The notes under the pieces were generated by a model. The model searched no databases. It was not told the DNA's origin and saw only the letters and a program-made list of their open reading frames with translations. The position numbers were made by a program, and so were the translations under genes. This document shows, one piece after another, positions 20,830-30,982 of a stretch of 64,000 nt of DNA. Within the stretch, counting starts at the first letter, position 1; every line of letters starts with the position of its first letter. The stretch comes from an uncultured Muriicola sp. (lineage in GTDB: Bacteria; Bacteroidota; Bacteroidia; Flavobacteriales; Flavobacteriaceae): positions 6,101 to 70,100 of the forward strand of contig NZ_CAMYKH010000004.1 in assembly GCF_947258935.1 (NCBI RefSeq), given 5' to 3'.

Positions 20830-21612
20830 TTACGAACCGGGGAAGGAGGCTTTTCTCTTCTCTAGGAATGCTGTGGTTCCTTCTTTAAAATCATCTGTAC
20901 CAAAACACTCGCCAAAAGCTTTAACCTCTATTTCATAACCCTGAACACCATTGTTAAAACCCGCATTTATCGCTTTTATTGCCTGTCTGATGGCCATAGG
21001 AGAATTTTTTGCTATTTTTTTGGCGATCGTCTTACAAAAATCAAGTAACTCTTCAATTGATGTTACGTGGTTCACTAGGCCAAATTCAATGGCTCTTTCC
21101 ACATCTACCATACCCCCGGTCATGATCATTTCCATAGCCCTTCCCTTCCCTATTAATTGGGGAAGACGCTGTGTTCCGCCATAGCCGGGAATGACCCCTA
21201 AAGAAACTTCGGGAAGGCCCATTCTAGAGTTATGGCTGGCTACCCTAAAATGACAGGCCATGGCGAGCTCTAGGCCGCCGCCAAGCGCATATCCATTAAT
21301 TGCAGCGATCACTGGTTTAGAAAGGTTCTCAATAAAACTAAAAAGTAATTCCTGCCCCTGGGCAGCCAATTGACCTCCCTGTTTGGTGTTGAAATGGGCA
21401 AATTCAGATATATCGGCCCCTGCTACAAAAGCCTTGTCTTCACTTCCGGTTAGTATTATGACGCGCACCTTCTTATTTGTTTCCAGGGCTTTAAAGGCTA
21501 AATGCAATTCTTTGATGGTCGCAGTATTTAGCGCATTTAATTTCTTTGGTCTATTAATGGTTACTATCGCCAGGTTATCTTCTAATTTAACTTTGATATT
21601 ATTGAATTCCAT
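20830..21612 (-). CDS. Enoyl-CoA hydratase/isomerase (crotonase) family
   Basis: 260 aa with KAFVAGADISEF and GYALGGGLELAMACH crotonase motifs. Confidence 0.9.
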   Translation of the reverse strand: MEFNNIKVKLEDNLAIVTINRPKKLNALNTATIKELHLAFKALETNKKVRVIILTGSEDKAFVAGADISEFAHFNTKQGGQLAAQGQELLFSFIENLSKPVIAAINGYALGGGLELAMACHFRVASHNSRMGLPEVSLGVIPGYGGTQRLPQLIGKGRAMEMIMTGGMVDVERAIEFGLVNHVTSIEELLDFCKTIAKKIAKNSPMAIRQAIKAINAGFNNGVQGYEIEVKAFGECFGTDDFKEGTTAFLEKRKASFPGS

Positions 21613-21614
21613 AA

Positions 21615-23075
21615 TTATTTTTTTTCACTTTCCTTGGGAAATCTGACTGTAAAAACAGATCCTTTGTCCGGTTGCGAGGTTAATGTTATAGATCCTTTAT
21701 ATGTTTCCACTATATTTTTTACCATTCCCAGACCTAAGCCCATCCCGCTAGATTTGGTCGTAAACTTAGGTTCAAATACCTTTTCCTTTACTTCATCTGA
21801 GATACCTATACCGTTATCTGCCACAGAGATCTTTACATAGGCACCATCTGAGACTACCGAAACCAAGATCCTGGGTGAAGCCACCTCCGGAACTGCCTGA
21901 ATGGCATTCTTAACAAGATTGGTTACCACCCGGATCAATTGCGTCCTGTCTAATTTCGCAATTATTTCTTCTTCCTCGGAGATAAAATGGATGTAATTCT
22001 CATTAAAAATATCGAGTGCCAGTTTTACTGTTTTCACCACATTCAAAGTTTCATTCTGCTGTGCGGGCATTTGTGCAAAACTGGAGAATGCCGAGGCAAT
22101 ACTGCTCATCATATCTATTTGTTGGATAAGCGTTTTTGAAAACTCTTTGATCTTCACTTTTGCATCCGGATCTGAAGGTTTAAAATTACGCTCAAAGTTC
22201 TGTACGGTGAGTCGCATTGGCGTTAATGGATTCTTTATTTCGTGCGCAACTTGTTTTGCCATTTCCCGCCAGGCCTGTTCCCTTTCACTTCGTGCCAGTT
22301 TCGCAGCGCTTTGCTCCAGTTCATCGATCATTTCGTTGTAAGAATCTATCAACTTTCCTATTTCCTCACTGGGGTTCTTAACAAAGATCTTTTCATTCCG
22401 TTTTGTGAGATCGGTTTGATGTAGTTTATCAGAAATAGTTGCTAACGAGCGGGTGATATATTTGGAGATAAAATAAGCCAGGAAAATAGCAATGACAAAC
22501 ATTATCAGGTACACTCCGCCGAGACGAAACAGGAATTCTCTCAATTCCATACTATTAAAGGAATTGTCCTCATAATATGGCAAATTGAGGATGCCAATGG
22601 GTTTAAATTTCTGATCGGTAATAAACGTATAGGAAGCCTGATATTTATTTCCGGCCACCAGGTTGTCCTCTACATATCTTTTATTTTGGCTTTCTTTGAG
22701 GTTGTTCAATAGATAAGCCTCCAGGCATCGTGAAATTGAATCATTATTTAATTGTGGTCGAGAGCTTTTAATAAGCTGCCCTTCCAGGTCATAAATATTA
22801 AAATTCACATTCTGTACATCGGCAATACGATAGATCTCATCCTTAAATATTAGTCCAAGATTTTCTGTGATCACCGGATAGGTGGTTGACTGAAGGGTAT
22901 AACTGATGCTCTGTTTAATCTGTTCTTCCTTTCGCTCCAAACGATCCTGGTGATAATCTTTGGATTGTTCCCTGTATTGATAGACCGTTACCCCTGCAAT
23001 CAGCACAGAAGCAATCAGCACTAAAAATATCATGGTAACAAAAATCCTGGACCGGAGGGAGAACTTCTTGAACAA
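21615..23075 (-). CDS. Membrane sensor histidine kinase (no cognate response regulator nearby)
   Basis: 486 aa with two TM segments. The H-box is HEIKNPLTPM, the N-box is TNLVKNAIQA, and the G-boxes are DNGIGI and GMGLGLGM. Confidence 0.9.
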   Translation of the reverse strand: MFKKFSLRSRIFVTMIFLVLIASVLIAGVTVYQYREQSKDYHQDRLERKEEQIKQSISYTLQSTTYPVITENLGLIFKDEIYRIADVQNVNFNIYDLEGQLIKSSRPQLNNDSISRCLEAYLLNNLKESQNKRYVEDNLVAGNKYQASYTFITDQKFKPIGILNLPYYEDNSFNSMELREFLFRLGGVYLIMFVIAIFLAYFISKYITRSLATISDKLHQTDLTKRNEKIFVKNPSEEIGKLIDSYNEMIDELEQSAAKLARSEREQAWREMAKQVAHEIKNPLTPMRLTVQNFERNFKPSDPDAKVKIKEFSKTLIQQIDMMSSIASAFSSFAQMPAQQNETLNVVKTVKLALDIFNENYIHFISEEEEIIAKLDRTQLIRVVTNLVKNAIQAVPEVASPRILVSVVSDGAYVKISVADNGIGISDEVKEKVFEPKFTTKSSGMGLGLGMVKNIVETYKGSITLTSQPDKGSVFTVRFPKESEKK

Positions 23076-23207
23076 GGCTCTTTATTTTGATTTTAAAGAT
23101 AGCAATAATCAGTCCAAAAAGAGCGGGTGAAGAGCAACTAGAATTATTCTTGCCCAAAGGAAATTGAGATCTCTGTGTTTGCCAGCCATAAATTAAACGG
23201 GCATCAT

Positions 23208-23759
23208 CTATGCCTCGGGGTTCTTTTCCCGGATCCTTTTGTAAAGTTTTATCCCTAGCATAAGTAAAAGACCCAAAATAATTATCCCTGCCACCCCAAA
23301 CACCCAATTAAAGGCACTTTTGAGAATAGCCAGAAAAGTAACCGCAAACAGCACCACAGTAGCGCCTTCATTCCAAATACGCATAAAATTAGAGGTGTAT
23401 TTTATCTTATTTTGCTGTAATTGGAGGAACATTTGATGTGTCTTAAAATGATACGCGATCAAAAGCACTACAAAAAGCAGTTTAACGTGCATCCATGGTT
23501 GCTCTAACCAACCGGGAATAAGCACCAACAACCATATAGCAAATAGGGTTGCCAAAACTGCTGAAGGCCAGGTAATAATATACCAAAGCCTTTTGGTCAT
23601 CAATCTTAACTGATCTGAAAGGATATCTTTGGCGGGATTTGGTTTATCCTGAGCTTCTATATGATAAATAAAAAGCCTTGGAATATAGAACAAGCCCGCA
23701 AACCAAGTGATCACAAAAATAAGATGTAAGGCTTTTATATAATTATAATACTCTCCCAT
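23208..23759 (-). CDS. hemJ: HemJ-type protoporphyrinogen IX oxidase (UPF0093/CopD-like)
   Basis: 183 aa with 4-5 TM segments. The N-terminus KALHLIFVITWFAGLFYIPRLFIYH is characteristic of the HemJ family. hemH and the hem operon lie in the same window. Confidence 0.8.
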   Translation of the reverse strand: MGEYYNYIKALHLIFVITWFAGLFYIPRLFIYHIEAQDKPNPAKDILSDQLRLMTKRLWYIITWPSAVLATLFAIWLLVLIPGWLEQPWMHVKLLFVVLLIAYHFKTHQMFLQLQQNKIKYTSNFMRIWNEGATVVLFAVTFLAILKSAFNWVFGVAGIIILGLLLMLGIKLYKRIREKNPEA

Positions 23760-26700
23760 TATTTTCCAATTTGTATGGCCCCAATACCAGCGTTCCAGAG
23801 GGTCTTATTGTAGTTTGGCAAGGCCACATTTACGAAGTTCTTGGCTTTGGATTTTAACCCGTTCCATTGGGCATCCAATACTGACTTGCGATCTCTGGAG
23901 CCCTGATTTACTCTTGGAATAACACTGTTGGTCTGATTGATCAAATAGAGATATTCCGCGGTGAATTTATTGGGAAAATTCTCAACATCGTCATACGCCT
24001 GGGATTTGCGCTGTATCATCTGCTCGTCCCAGGTTATCAGTTCTTTTAATAAAGCCTCGCCAGCTTGTTTAGCCACGCTAGCTTCCATAGTGGACAACAA
24101 CGCTTTTAATTGTTGCTGTACCTTGTGCAATTGATTAACCAACTGATGCATTTCATTAAGTTTAGCTTCCATTTCTGACATAAAAACATCGTACTCCTCA
24201 TACTGTGCCATGGATACATCAAAACCGGGAGTTGCAATTATTTTACCTTCAGTCATCACAGTTTCTTCACCAAGTTTTAAATGAATGGTGTAGTTACCCG
24301 GAGGGGCCTTATGCCCTTCAAAACCAGCCTCCATATAAACCCCAGGAATACCTTCCATGATGGGATAATTAAGATCCCAGACAAATCTATTAAGTCCCTG
24401 TTCTTTAGCCAATACCGGTGCAGGAGGTGGGCCACCCCCGTTGTGTTTTTGATAGGTACTATCTTTTTCCGAACTGAAGGTCCTAATGATCTTCCCCTTA
24501 GAATTCAATATCTCCAAAGTTAAAAACGAAGCATCATCCATCTTGGGAAGCTCATAATAAAGTACCATGCCATTGGCCGGGTTTATACCCTGGAAGGGGT
24601 GCGTACCTTTAAAATCCTTTGAATTCTTGTCTAAGGGACTTCCCCATGAAGCGTTGAGTGCCTCCTCTGGTTGCATGATCTTTACATCTGCATTTCCGGT
24701 TTTGTATTGAGAAAGGGCAGCCAGATCATCCAGGATCCAGAAGGAACGTCCAGAAGTGGCTACAACCAGATCACCCTTATGTACTTTAAGATCCGTAATA
24801 GGTGTCTTAGGTAGATTCAATTGCAGAGTTTCCCAGCTTGCACCATCATTCCAGGAAATATAAATCCCTTTTTCGGTTCCGGCGTATAACAAGCCTTTTC
24901 TTGATGCATCTTCACGTATCACCCTCGTAAAAGACCCGTAGGGAATACCGCTGCTGATGTTCGTCCAGGTTTTCCCATAATTAATGGTTTTATATAAGCC
25001 CGGAGTATGATCATTAAACTTATACCTGGTAGTTGCGATATAGGCTGTACCGGCATCGTGGGGAGAGACTTCAATAGCATTGATCAGGCATTCCTGCAGG
25101 CCTTTAGGGGTTACATTTTCCCAACTTTGGCCTCCATTTCTGGTGATATGTACAAATCCGTCATCGCTCCCTGTCCAATAAACGCCTTTCTCATGCGGTG
25201 ATTCTATCATATAGGCAATAGTGCCATAATTTTCTGCCCCAACAGCCTCGATCGTATATGGACCTCCTCCATGTCCTTGCTTTTCATCCATATTTCGGGT
25301 AAGGTCGGGAGAGATCTCTTCCCAGCTAGTACCCATATCAGTAGTTTTTAATACCAATTGAGCACAATGGAAAAAGGTATTGGGCTCATGCTGTGATCTT
25401 ATGATGGGTGCATTCCAGTTATACAGGTATTTCATATCCCTGGCCGCCCTGCCAAGGTATTGTATGGGCGCTGCCATGATCTTGGTATCCGATTTTGTCT
25501 GTGAGTCTAAGACGTCTATGGTTCCCAGATAACTTCCTCCCAATACATAACGAGGGTTATCAGGATCGAATGCGAGGAACGCACTTTCTCCTCCTGCAGA
25601 ATAGGTCCAATCCTGTTCCGAAATACCCCATCTGGATAAGGAAAGACTCGCGATCTTTACGGAAGTATTATCTTGTTGGCCTCCATATACATTGTATGGA
25701 AATAGGTTGTCTGTACTGATGCGATAGAATTGAGCCGTAGGCATAATGTCTTGAGAAGACCAGGTTTTGGCATGGTCAAAACTAACGGCTGCCCCGCCAT
25801 CGTTGGCAATGACCATATTCTTAGAATTCGCCGGATTGATCCAAAGATCGTGGTAGTCTCCATGGGTACCCGTTATCTGTTCCCAGCTAACTCCACCATC
25901 AAAAGACCTAAGCGCCTGGGCACTCATTACATATACCGTATTTTCGTCATTTGGATCCGGGAATACTTCAATATAATACCAGGCGCGTTGTACCAAACGG
26001 TTGTCCCCACTGATCATATTCCAGGAATCCCCCGCATCATTGGAAACAAATAAACCACCTTTGTCTTTATCCGAATCACTTTCCACCAGGGCATATACTT
26101 TATTGGTATTTACCTGACTCACCGCAATGGCCATTTTACCTTTTTCTTCTGGCAGACCATTGTGTATTTGTTTCCATGTTTCACCGCCGTCTGTAGATTT
26201 ATATAAGCCGCTTCCAGAGCCACCACTGATTACAATATTTGGTTTTCGCTGATGATGCCACATACTGGCATATATAACTTCAGGCGTAGAAAGATCCATG
26301 GAGAGTTCATTACAACCTGTAAGTTCATTCACAAATAAAACTTGTTTCCAGCTATTTCCTCCATCCGTACTTTTGTAAATGCCACGTTCTTTATTAGGGC
26401 CGTATAATGCTCCTTGAGCAGCTACATAGACAATCTCCGGATTAGTTGGATGGATGACGATGCGTGCTATATGCTGTGTCTTTTCCAACCCTATTCTTTT
26501 CCAGGTCTTACCGGCATCAGAAGATTTATAAACCCCGTCCCCATAGGAGGTCATCACTCCACGTACAGCATGTTCTCCCATCCCACAATACACTATGTTG
26601 GGGTTGGAAGCCGAAACAGCTACTGCGCCAACAGATCCCATCTCAAAAAATCCGTCTGAAATATTATTCCATTGTCTCCCGGCATCAATGGTCTTCCACA

Positions 26701-26890
26701 AGCCGCCGCCTGTGGTACCCATATAATAGGTCATAGGATCACCAATGACACCTGTTGCCGTCACGGACCGTCCTCCTCTGAAAGGGCCAATATTTCTATA
26801 TTTAAGTGGTTTAAAATACTCTTCTGCCGTTTGTCCCATAAGGGTGCCCACTAATAAAAAGGCAAGCAGACCAAATATTCGTTGTTTCAT
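23759..26890 (-). CDS. BNR/Asp-box repeat, sortilin (VPS10)-like double beta-propeller protein, secreted
   Basis: 1043 aa with a signal peptide. It has many Asp-boxes ([54 protein letters not shown] and others). Confidence 0.85.
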   Translation of the reverse strand: MKQRIFGLLAFLLVGTLMGQTAEEYFKPLKYRNIGPFRGGRSVTATGVIGDPMTYYMGTTGGGLWKTIDAGRQWNNISDGFFEMGSVGAVAVSASNPNIVYCGMGEHAVRGVMTSYGDGVYKSSDAGKTWKRIGLEKTQHIARIVIHPTNPEIVYVAAQGALYGPNKERGIYKSTDGGNSWKQVLFVNELTGCNELSMDLSTPEVIYASMWHHQRKPNIVISGGSGSGLYKSTDGGETWKQIHNGLPEEKGKMAIAVSQVNTNKVYALVESDSDKDKGGLFVSNDAGDSWNMISGDNRLVQRAWYYIEVFPDPNDENTVYVMSAQALRSFDGGVSWEQITGTHGDYHDLWINPANSKNMVIANDGGAAVSFDHAKTWSSQDIMPTAQFYRISTDNLFPYNVYGGQQDNTSVKIASLSLSRWGISEQDWTYSAGGESAFLAFDPDNPRYVLGGSYLGTIDVLDSQTKSDTKIMAAPIQYLGRAARDMKYLYNWNAPIIRSQHEPNTFFHCAQLVLKTTDMGTSWEEISPDLTRNMDEKQGHGGGPYTIEAVGAENYGTIAYMIESPHEKGVYWTGSDDGFVHITRNGGQSWENVTPKGLQECLINAIEVSPHDAGTAYIATTRYKFNDHTPGLYKTINYGKTWTNISSGIPYGSFTRVIREDASRKGLLYAGTEKGIYISWNDGASWETLQLNLPKTPITDLKVHKGDLVVATSGRSFWILDDLAALSQYKTGNADVKIMQPEEALNASWGSPLDKNSKDFKGTHPFQGINPANGMVLYYELPKMDDASFLTLEILNSKGKIIRTFSSEKDSTYQKHNGGGPPPAPVLAKEQGLNRFVWDLNYPIMEGIPGVYMEAGFEGHKAPPGNYTIHLKLGEETVMTEGKIIATPGFDVSMAQYEEYDVFMSEMEAKLNEMHQLVNQLHKVQQQLKALLSTMEASVAKQAGEALLKELITWDEQMIQRKSQAYDDVENFPNKFTAEYLYLINQTNSVIPRVNQGSRDRKSVLDAQWNGLKSKAKNFVNVALPNYNKTLWNAGIGAIQIGK

Positions 26891-26956
26891 GTTGTATTGG
26901 AAGATTACAAACTTGATTAGTATTCATATGTTGAGACATCTATCAAATAGAATATC

Positions 26957-26977
26957 CCCTGCCTTGCACGGCAAGGG
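26957..26977 (-). terminator. Short hairpin between the two BNR paralogs
   Basis: ccttgc-acg-gcaagg forms a 6-bp stem with a 3-nt loop, 25 nt after the stop of the upstream (27002..30145) gene on the minus strand. The trailing sequence is only modestly T-rich. Confidence 0.3.
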
Positions 26978-27001
26978 ATCATATCCAATCACTGTCTATT
27001 T

Positions 27002-30000
27002 CTATTCTATAAAGAGATAATTTAATTGTAAGGTATTAAAGGCTTCATTAAAGGCTTTGATCTCATTGGTTACCAAAGCATCAAATTGATTTAATTGTTC
27101 TTCAATTTTAGCAGTGAGCTGATTCTTTACGGCAATATCCTGATCTGTTGGATGAAAATCATCAATAGATACCAAACTGTTCAAATGGGCTAATTTATTG
27201 GTCAGTCTGATCGGAAAATTCAAAGGATCTTGTCCACTTCTGTTCTGCGTCTGATATAGTGCTTTCTCTACTTCTCCAAAATCATTCTTCATTTTTTTGG
27301 CTTTCTCTACCAATTCCTTGGTAACCTCATTGTCTTTGTACTGCGCCATAAAAGCTTCGAGCTGAGTTGTGATCTTTCTGATCTTTTTGATAGAGGCATG
27401 CGCTTTGTCTACCGTGCTATTGATGTCCGAAATAAAATCGAATTGTGTTTGCATCTCAGCTACACTTACCTCAGCCCTTGGATCTGGCAGAATAGTAAAT
27501 GCTTGCGTTTGAGTAACACCATTCAGATTGAGATGCACCTTATAGGAACCTGGAACAGCTTTTGCTCCATTTAGATTGGCCCACCACATGATCATTCCTT
27601 TGAAATCCTGGGCTCCTTTTCCCCGTGTATCCCAAACATGGGTGTTGCCTCCTTTTTTTGGTTTCAACTTTTCGTCCGCTTCCTTGGCGTAGGTGCTAAA
27701 GTTGGCAAGAGTGTCTCCCGCAACTGAGGTATAGGTAAGTGCGAGACTATCCTTTTCAGACAGGTCCTTTAGATAAAAGTGGGTGATAACTCCGTTTGGA
27801 TGATTCTGTCCTTCTGTTTTTGAAGGGCTTCTGCTTGTCCCACCTTTCGTTCTATACGCATCTTTTGGCTTATAGAGGATGGTTTTTCCGGCTGAAATGC
27901 CTTGGTTCAATTGATGTAGTAACGTAAGATCGTCAATGATCCAAAGGCTTCTACCCTGAGTGGCTACAATAAGATTATTGTCTTTTACAGCTAAATCTGT
28001 GATAGGTACGATGGGTAGATTTAATTGGAAAGGTTTCCAGTTGCGGCCATCATCAAAGGAAATGTACATCCCCGTTTCTGTACCCGCATATAACAACCCT
28101 TTTCTTTTAGGATCTTCCCGAACTACTCTGGTAAAATGCTCCTTATCTATCCCGTTAGTGATCTTCTGCCAGGTCTTGCCATAGTCTGTTGTTTTGTACA
28201 AATAAGGTTGAAAATCTCCCAATTTATAGCGCGTGGCTGCCACATAACAAGTGCCTTCATCAAAGGCCGAAGGCTCTATACTATTCACCATGGACCAAGC
28301 AGGCATATTTGCAGGAGTTACATTCTCCCAGTTGCCACCTCCATCTTTGGATACATGGATCAGTCCGTCATCACTACCCACCCAAATGAGCCCTTCTTTC
28401 AGCGGACTTTCATTCGCTGCAAAAATGGTGCAGTAGTATTCCACGCCTGTATTATCCTGGGTTATTGGACCTCCACTTGAGACCAATTTATCTGGATCGT
28501 TTCTGGTGAGATCACCACTTAGAAGTTCCCAACTTTGTCCTTCATTGGTACTCATATGCACATGGTTGGAAAAGGTGTACAGCTTTTTAGGATCGTGTTT
28601 GCTGAAAATGATAGGGAAATTCCATTGAAAACGATATTTCATCCCTTCTGCGCCATAACCCATGGGGTTGTCTGGCCAAACATTGATGCCTCGCACAGTG
28701 TTTGCATCATGGTTTACCCTTGTAAGGAAACCACCATAACTTCCACCATACACAATGTCATTATTCGTAGGGTCTACGGCGATATGAGCCGATTCTCCCC
28801 CAGCGGTAGGTTCCCAGTCATCATCATCAATACTTCGCCCCTCACTACGGTGTTTTATTCGGATCGTTGAATTATCCTGTTGAGCAGCATAAATGCGATA
28901 CGGGAAGGCATTGTCTGTGGTAACTCTATAAAATTGTGCGGTTGGTTGATTGTAGTAAGTACTCCATGTCTCTCCGCCATCATAGGACACTTGCGCCCCA
29001 CCGTCGTCCCCAATGATCATTCTTTTTGTGTCTTCAGGTGCTATCCAAAGATCGTGGTGATCACCATGAGGGGCATTAAATGTATTAAAGCTTTTTCCAC
29101 CATCGGTAGATTTATGGTACCGCACATTGAGAACATATACTACATCTTCGTTTTCAGTATCGGCATACACCCGGGTATAATACCAGGCACGTTGACGCAG
29201 TTTTCTTTCAGAATTAACCATGCTCCATTTCTTGCCACCATCATCCGAACGGTATAAGCCACCTTTTTCTTTATTTTCAACAATTGCCCATACGCGTTGT
29301 GCATTTTTTGGTGAGACCGCAACGCCAATGATCCCTAATGTATCCTTAGGAAAGCCCTCATTTTTAGAGATCTCTGTCCAGGACTCCCCACTGTCTGTAC
29401 TTTTCCACAGGGCCGATCCTTCGCCCCCACTACTTAGACTATATGGGGTTCTTTTTGCCCTCCAGGTAGACGCATACATGATCCTGGGATTGGTTGGGTC
29501 TAATACCAGGTCAACTGCCCCTGCCTGATCATTTACAAATAAGGTCTTTCTCCAGGTAGTTCCTCCATCTTGACTCTTGTAGATACCTCTTTCCTGAGAA
29601 GGCTTATAGATATCTCCAAGCACTGCTGCATAGACTGTATTTGGATCATTTGGATGAATCCTGATACGAGGTACGTGTCTGCTATTTTTAAGTCCAACAG
29701 ATTGCCAGGTTATTCCGGCATCTACCGTTTTCCATATGCCATATCCTGAAGAAACATTTCCTCTCAGGGTTTTTTCACCTCCCCCAACATAAATCACATT
29801 TGGATCGCTTTTGGCCACTTCCACGGCACCTATACTTCCTCCAAAAAAGCCATCAGAAATATTTTCCCAGCTACGGCCCCCGTCCGTGGTTTTCCATACT
29901 CCACCTCCGGTGGCGCCAAAATAAAATAGATTGGGTTCGCCGGGAACTCCTGTAACTGCTGCCGATCTGCCTCCTCTAAAAGGGCCTATCTGCCGGTATT

Positions 30001-30145
30001 CTATACTAGAATACAAGGACTCAGGATACGTGTCTATTACCGTTGTATTCTTTTTACTTCGTTGGGCGTTGCTGCTTAGTGTAACAGCAAAACAGGTCAG
30101 TAACAGGCCAAAAAAATACTTCTTTACTTTCATCTTATTATGCAT
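27002..30145 (-). CDS. BNR/Asp-box repeat, sortilin (VPS10)-like double beta-propeller protein, paralog of 23759..26890
   Basis: 1047 aa with a signal peptide. Asp-boxes include TTDGGRSWE, TVDAGITWQ, SQDGGTTWR, STDSGESWT, SDDGGKKWS and SYDGGETWS. It is collinear with the neighbouring paralog along its full length. Confidence 0.85.
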   Translation of the reverse strand: MHNKMKVKKYFFGLLLTCFAVTLSSNAQRSKKNTTVIDTYPESLYSSIEYRQIGPFRGGRSAAVTGVPGEPNLFYFGATGGGVWKTTDGGRSWENISDGFFGGSIGAVEVAKSDPNVIYVGGGEKTLRGNVSSGYGIWKTVDAGITWQSVGLKNSRHVPRIRIHPNDPNTVYAAVLGDIYKPSQERGIYKSQDGGTTWRKTLFVNDQAGAVDLVLDPTNPRIMYASTWRAKRTPYSLSSGGEGSALWKSTDSGESWTEISKNEGFPKDTLGIIGVAVSPKNAQRVWAIVENKEKGGLYRSDDGGKKWSMVNSERKLRQRAWYYTRVYADTENEDVVYVLNVRYHKSTDGGKSFNTFNAPHGDHHDLWIAPEDTKRMIIGDDGGAQVSYDGGETWSTYYNQPTAQFYRVTTDNAFPYRIYAAQQDNSTIRIKHRSEGRSIDDDDWEPTAGGESAHIAVDPTNNDIVYGGSYGGFLTRVNHDANTVRGINVWPDNPMGYGAEGMKYRFQWNFPIIFSKHDPKKLYTFSNHVHMSTNEGQSWELLSGDLTRNDPDKLVSSGGPITQDNTGVEYYCTIFAANESPLKEGLIWVGSDDGLIHVSKDGGGNWENVTPANMPAWSMVNSIEPSAFDEGTCYVAATRYKLGDFQPYLYKTTDYGKTWQKITNGIDKEHFTRVVREDPKRKGLLYAGTETGMYISFDDGRNWKPFQLNLPIVPITDLAVKDNNLIVATQGRSLWIIDDLTLLHQLNQGISAGKTILYKPKDAYRTKGGTSRSPSKTEGQNHPNGVITHFYLKDLSEKDSLALTYTSVAGDTLANFSTYAKEADEKLKPKKGGNTHVWDTRGKGAQDFKGMIMWWANLNGAKAVPGSYKVHLNLNGVTQTQAFTILPDPRAEVSVAEMQTQFDFISDINSTVDKAHASIKKIRKITTQLEAFMAQYKDNEVTKELVEKAKKMKNDFGEVEKALYQTQNRSGQDPLNFPIRLTNKLAHLNSLVSIDDFHPTDQDIAVKNQLTAKIEEQLNQFDALVTNEIKAFNEAFNTLQLNYLFIE

Positions 30146-30421
30146 CTAGGAGTTTGTCGGCCTTAAATGTACCAAAAAAGACTAGAATGAAAAACGGGTA
30201 TTATTAATGGGAATGCCATAGAAATACTACAGGTTTGTTTTGATGTATCAAGAATAACTGTTCTTTCCTAACAATCGGGACTACTGTTTCCCTTCTTATT
30301 TGTATCTTCTTGGTAACAATCGCATTTCCTTTTAGTATGCATATACGCACCATGTTTTCTGTCAGAATTGGTATAATTCTCGGTACTGTCTGTGCAATTC
30401 CCAATTAAAACATTAATTACT

Positions 30422-30763
30422 ATGAAAAAGTATGACTGGAAAAAAGTGGCCTATATATTTGGGATCGTGCTATTCTGTGTGGGCACTTTAGACCCACTGG
30501 AAGGAAGTGTACTGATAGTTTTTGGAAGTATTATACTGACATTTATAAGCAAACGTAACAATGATCGCCACAGGAAATGGTTTATGCTGAATGCGCTCCT
30601 GATCACTGTAGGAGTGATCTTTTTATTTTATTTGTCCTCGTTGGGAGGTTTTGGGGGTAATTCAAAATTATCCTGGTGGTGGGGTTTGCTTATACTCCCC
30701 TATCCCATTGGATGGTTACTCCAGGTAGTTCTATTGCTCCTCCGGGCATTTAAAAAAAAATGA
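30422..30763 (+). CDS. Hypothetical 4-TM membrane protein
   Basis: The ATG at 30422 gives MKKYDWKKVAYIFGIVLF. Hydrophobic helices run throughout. No domain recognised. Confidence 0.5.
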   Translation: MKKYDWKKVAYIFGIVLFCVGTLDPLEGSVLIVFGSIILTFISKRNNDRHRKWFMLNALLITVGVIFLFYLSSLGGFGGNSKLSWWWGLLILPYPIGWLLQVVLLLLRAFKKK

Positions 30764-30982
30764 TCTCTTATTTAAAACTAAAAGAGCCAGCATCAATACC
30801 ATTCACGGCACATCTCATAAGTGGGCATGGTGTCAAATCCTTTTTTAACCGTAACATCATTCATCATTTTTAATTTACATTCTGTTAGCAATCCAGTACG
30901 TTCGCTTTGTAACAATGGCAATGTAGCTTTGATATCCGCAATGGCCTTGCCGAGCTTGAGTAATAAAAAAAGATGGACTTTA

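Noticed and set aside
22915-23307. 130-aa minus-strand ORF bridging the histidine kinase start and the hemJ end
   Set aside because: It overlaps two well-supported genes in other frames. Its Gly/Arg/Cys-rich sequence has no motif.
30204-30404. 66-aa minus-strand ORF and the 85-aa plus ORF at 30821..31078 flanking the small membrane-protein gene
   Set aside because: Both are short and motif-free. The second overlaps the MATE gene's 3' end. Neither has supporting signals.
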